Source: Azolla caroliniana
Taxonomy: Eukaryota > Plantae > Polypodiophyta
NCBI GenBank assembly: GCA_043228905.1
Contig: JBHGNT010000005.1
Location: 22,754,001-22,818,000 of the forward strand
Reading direction: 5' to 3'
DNA length: 64,000 nt
The notes under the pieces were generated by a model. It was not told the DNA's origin, ran no database searches, and worked only from the letters and a program-made list of their open reading frames with translations. This document shows positions 61,501-64,000 of the stretch, piece after piece. Both the position numbers and the translations under genes were made by a program. How positions within the stretch are numbered: position 1 is the first letter of the stretch; each line of letters begins with the position of its first letter.

Positions 61501-61787
61501 CCAGTCGCTAGGTTATGTTAAGGGCCTGGTCGTTTTGACAGATCGGCCTAACCGATTTACGATAATAGAGCAAGGAATTTGCAAAATCAATATTTGACCA
61601 ACGGGTTCAAGATAGTGAACCAGTTTGGAAGGATGGGTAAGCCCAATTATGAAAGGGTTCTTCTATATTTAGTTAGAACATGTTTGTTTGTGTTCTAAGT
61701 GGGGGGGGGGGGGCGAGGGCCAATTGTATAAATTCAAGTAATTGTGAGGCCAGTTTTGGAAGTAGGCCAAATATAGAAGAGCTAGAG

Positions 61788-61824
<37 letters not shown>

Positions 61825-62011
61825 GTCTCTCTCTTTGTCTCCTTCGTCCTCTGCATTTACTTCCTCTTCGATTCATTCTCCTGTCTTCCGCTCTGTGTTT
61901 TGCGACACAAACCCACATCAGAAATCAGAAACCCACATCGGGTATACCATCAGAAAGCGAAGAATTTCTTCTTGATTCTCTCTTCCCATCGATCTTTTGC
62001 CCTTTCCTGAG

Positions 62012-64000
62012 ATGCCTCCTCCCAAGAATACCAGTCACAGCAAGTCCATGAAACCTTCAGAACATCGCTATCTTGGTAGCAGCAGGAAAGACCCACCAGC
62101 TGGCGCAGGTCCAGGAATGGCGGCAGGAAACAACACTCTCGGCCCCACAGGTGCTGCTGCTCAAGGTGTTTCGCATAGCAATGGTCCGGGTGGGACTGCC
62201 CCTCTCCCCCCACGTGGTTCCTCCTCCTCCTCCTCCCCGAGATCTCTCCATCCTCGGCTGAATCCTCCTCAGAAAGGATCCGAAAAACTGTCGTCGGATC
62301 GATCCAAACTATGGCAATCTCCATCATCATCTCTGAGAGAGAATCAATATAATTCTGCTTTACTTAAAAAACCCTCCCCTGTTCAGAAGGAGACTACCCA
62401 ACATCAACAAAAAGAGACCCAACAACAAAGAAAAGGCTTTTGGAATTGGAGACCATTCAGGGCTTCCTCACCAGTTCCCACTCCGATGACACCACCACCA
62501 CCACCACCACCACCACCCAATACTACCCAAAGAATGTGTTTTCATGTGCTTTTTTCTCTCCATGTGAAAGCCATCCATGGTCTCCCTAACTCTATGAATG
62601 GCCTTCGCCTTACCATTCATTGGAAGAGAAAAGAAGAAGGCCTCCAGACCATGCCTTCTCGTATTATTCGAGGCTCTGTGGAGTTCGATGAAACGCTTCG
62701 TCAAAGATGCATCGTTTTTGGGACACGAGATACGATGCCTGAGTGTGCAAACAGGCTTGACCATGCTGCCATCAAGTATGAATCCAAGCTTTTCACTATC
62801 TCAGTCATCGCCCTTGATGTGGATGGGTTAGAGCTAGGTCAACATCATGTTGATTTGAGTAGACTTCTTCCTGAAGAGGATATTGATGATCCGAATGTCC
62901 GGCATGGTAGTGGTTGGAGTACAAGCTTTCAGCTCTCAGGTAAAGCGAAGTCTAGCTATTTGGATGTCACTTTTAACTATGATTTGCTCCATTATGAATC
63001 CTCGGAGGCCAATGAGGATAATTATGGTGATGGTGATGGTCTTACCAACGATGGTGTTCTTGGCAATGATAGTGTTCTCACTAAGAATTCTGTTCTTATC
63101 AATGATGGCTTTCTCACCAATGCCATCAATGATTCTCTTGAGTCTAAACAAAGTTTACCTCAAGATTCAATTACTTCCTTTGAATTATTGGGAGAGAAGA
63201 GTGGTAATTCAGGCCTTGAAGAAGAATGCACTCAATCTTCTTTAAAAGACAATGAATTAGATGATTTTACTCTACAAGATGATCAGACTGAAAAGATTGA
63301 AAGTGCTTTTAATGAAATCCAAAATACTTCTAGTCATGAAGTTTTAATCATGTGTGGGTATGAAGAATGGACCGAAGAATTAAAAGAGAGTCAAGTTACT
63401 GATGTGAAAGTAGTAGGGAGTGGACCAGGTGAGTTTCCTTCATCTAGAGGCCTTCCACAAGATAGTCAAACCGAACAAATTCAGGGTACATTTGCACAAA
63501 TTGAGCGTACTTTTGCACAAATGGAAAGTACATTTAAGCATGAAGTGCTAGTGAATCATGGAACCGAAGAATGGAATAACGAATCAGAAGAGATTGAAGG
63601 AGTAGGAATCGGAGAAGAATGGAATAAGGAAAGAAAGCCAGAACACGAAATGGAGACAGAGTTTGATGATGAAATAGAGTTAGTGGCTGGAGAATTCTTA
63701 GACATGTTGGATATTGGGTTTGGGTCAGGTAATTCAAATTCTGAAGGTGAGCCGGACTCTCCCCGAGAAAGATTGCTGAGGCAATGCATAGACCTTTTTG
63801 CAAATGAAGATACAACTACTATAAGGCAAGAAAATGATATCATTCCATATGAAAATGAACTTCATGAGAATTGGGAATCCGATGGAGACATGCAATTGGC
63901 ATCTATTATGGAAGCTGCCGAATTAGAGCTTCAAAAGGCAGCTCAAAGCATGAAGAGCAAATCTCGAGCAAAAGCCTTAGAGGATGAAGAAACACAAGCT
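62012..64000 (+). CDS. PMIR1: PLASTID MOVEMENT IMPAIRED1-related protein (NT-C2 domain), 3'-incomplete
   Basis: Single open frame from ATG 62012 to the window end. RKGFWNWRPFRA; NT-C2 domain (LHVKAIHGLP..LTIHWKRK..LQTMPSRI..EFDETL..KYESKLF..LGQHHVDLSRLLP..WSTSFQLSGKAK). PMIR motifs VAGEFLDML..EPDSPRERLLRQ and KSRAKALEDEETQA. Confidence 0.9.
   Translation, partial: MPPPKNTSHSKSMKPSEHRYLGSSRKDPPAGAGPGMAAGNNTLGPTGAAAQGVSHSNGPGGTAPLPPRGSSSSSSPRSLHPRLNPPQKGSEKLSSDRSKLWQSPSSSLRENQYNSALLKKPSPVQKETTQHQQKETQQQRKGFWNWRPFRASSPVPTPMTPPPPPPPPPNTTQRMCFHVLFSLHVKAIHGLPNSMNGLRLTIHWKRKEEGLQTMPSRIIRGSVEFDETLRQRCIVFGTRDTMPECANRLDHAAIKYESKLFTISVIALDVDGLELGQHHVDLSRLLPEEDIDDPNVRHGSGWSTSFQLSGKAKSSYLDVTFNYDLLHYESSEANEDNYGDGDGLTNDGVLGNDSVLTKNSVLINDGFLTNAINDSLESKQSLPQDSITSFELLGEKSGNSGLEEECTQSSLKDNELDDFTLQDDQTEKIESAFNEIQNTSSHEVLIMCGYEEWTEELKESQVTDVKVVGSGPGEFPSSRGLPQDSQTEQIQGTFAQIERTFAQMESTFKHEVLVNHGTEEWNNESEEIEGVGIGEEWNKERKPEHEMETEFDDEIELVAGEFLDMLDIGFGSGNSNSEGEPDSPRERLLRQCIDLFANEDTTTIRQENDIIPYENELHENWESDGDMQLASIMEAAELELQKAAQSMKSKSRAKALEDEETQA

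Overview
Eukaryotic nuclear DNA from a land plant, AT-rich with GT-AG spliceosomal introns. A seed-free plant such as a fern is my inference, from the many decayed PLS-type PPR fragments and a LINE family unlike typical angiosperm L1/RTE. Six intact protein-coding genes lie on the + strand, with exons assembled by hand: TMEM120/TMPIT-like (608-4828), DEG9-type HtrA protease (17462-21134, probably with a ~9 kb TE-filled 5'UTR intron), a chloroplast aldo-keto reductase like At1g06690 (28361-39569), CSB/CHR8 (42012-47204), a GT31 Hyp-O-galactosyltransferase of HPGT type (51647-57741) and PMIR1-like (62012 to beyond 64000; absent from the ORF track because it has no stop in the window). Intergenic and intronic space holds six copies (seven segments) of an RTE/RTEX-like LINE, L1 fragments, Copia and gag remnants, a solo LTR, four hAT MITEs, a Mutator-like MITE, an ~850 bp foldback, tRNA-like SINE heads, minisatellites and local duplications. 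Most interesting: (i) a triplicated CSB start-codon cassette that creates two 11-codon uORFs paralogous to CSB's own N-terminus, just downstream of a G-box cluster; (ii) a canonical PCNA-binding PIP box in the LINE protein's C-terminal tail plus a conserved 3' stem-loop; (iii) a 24-aa tandem-repeat N-terminal extension on TMEM120; (iv) two AT-hooks on DEG9; (v) a duplicated decoy 3' splice site with a premature stop in HPGT. No database searches were run: family calls rest on motifs recognised by eye, and TE boundaries without TSDs are approximate.
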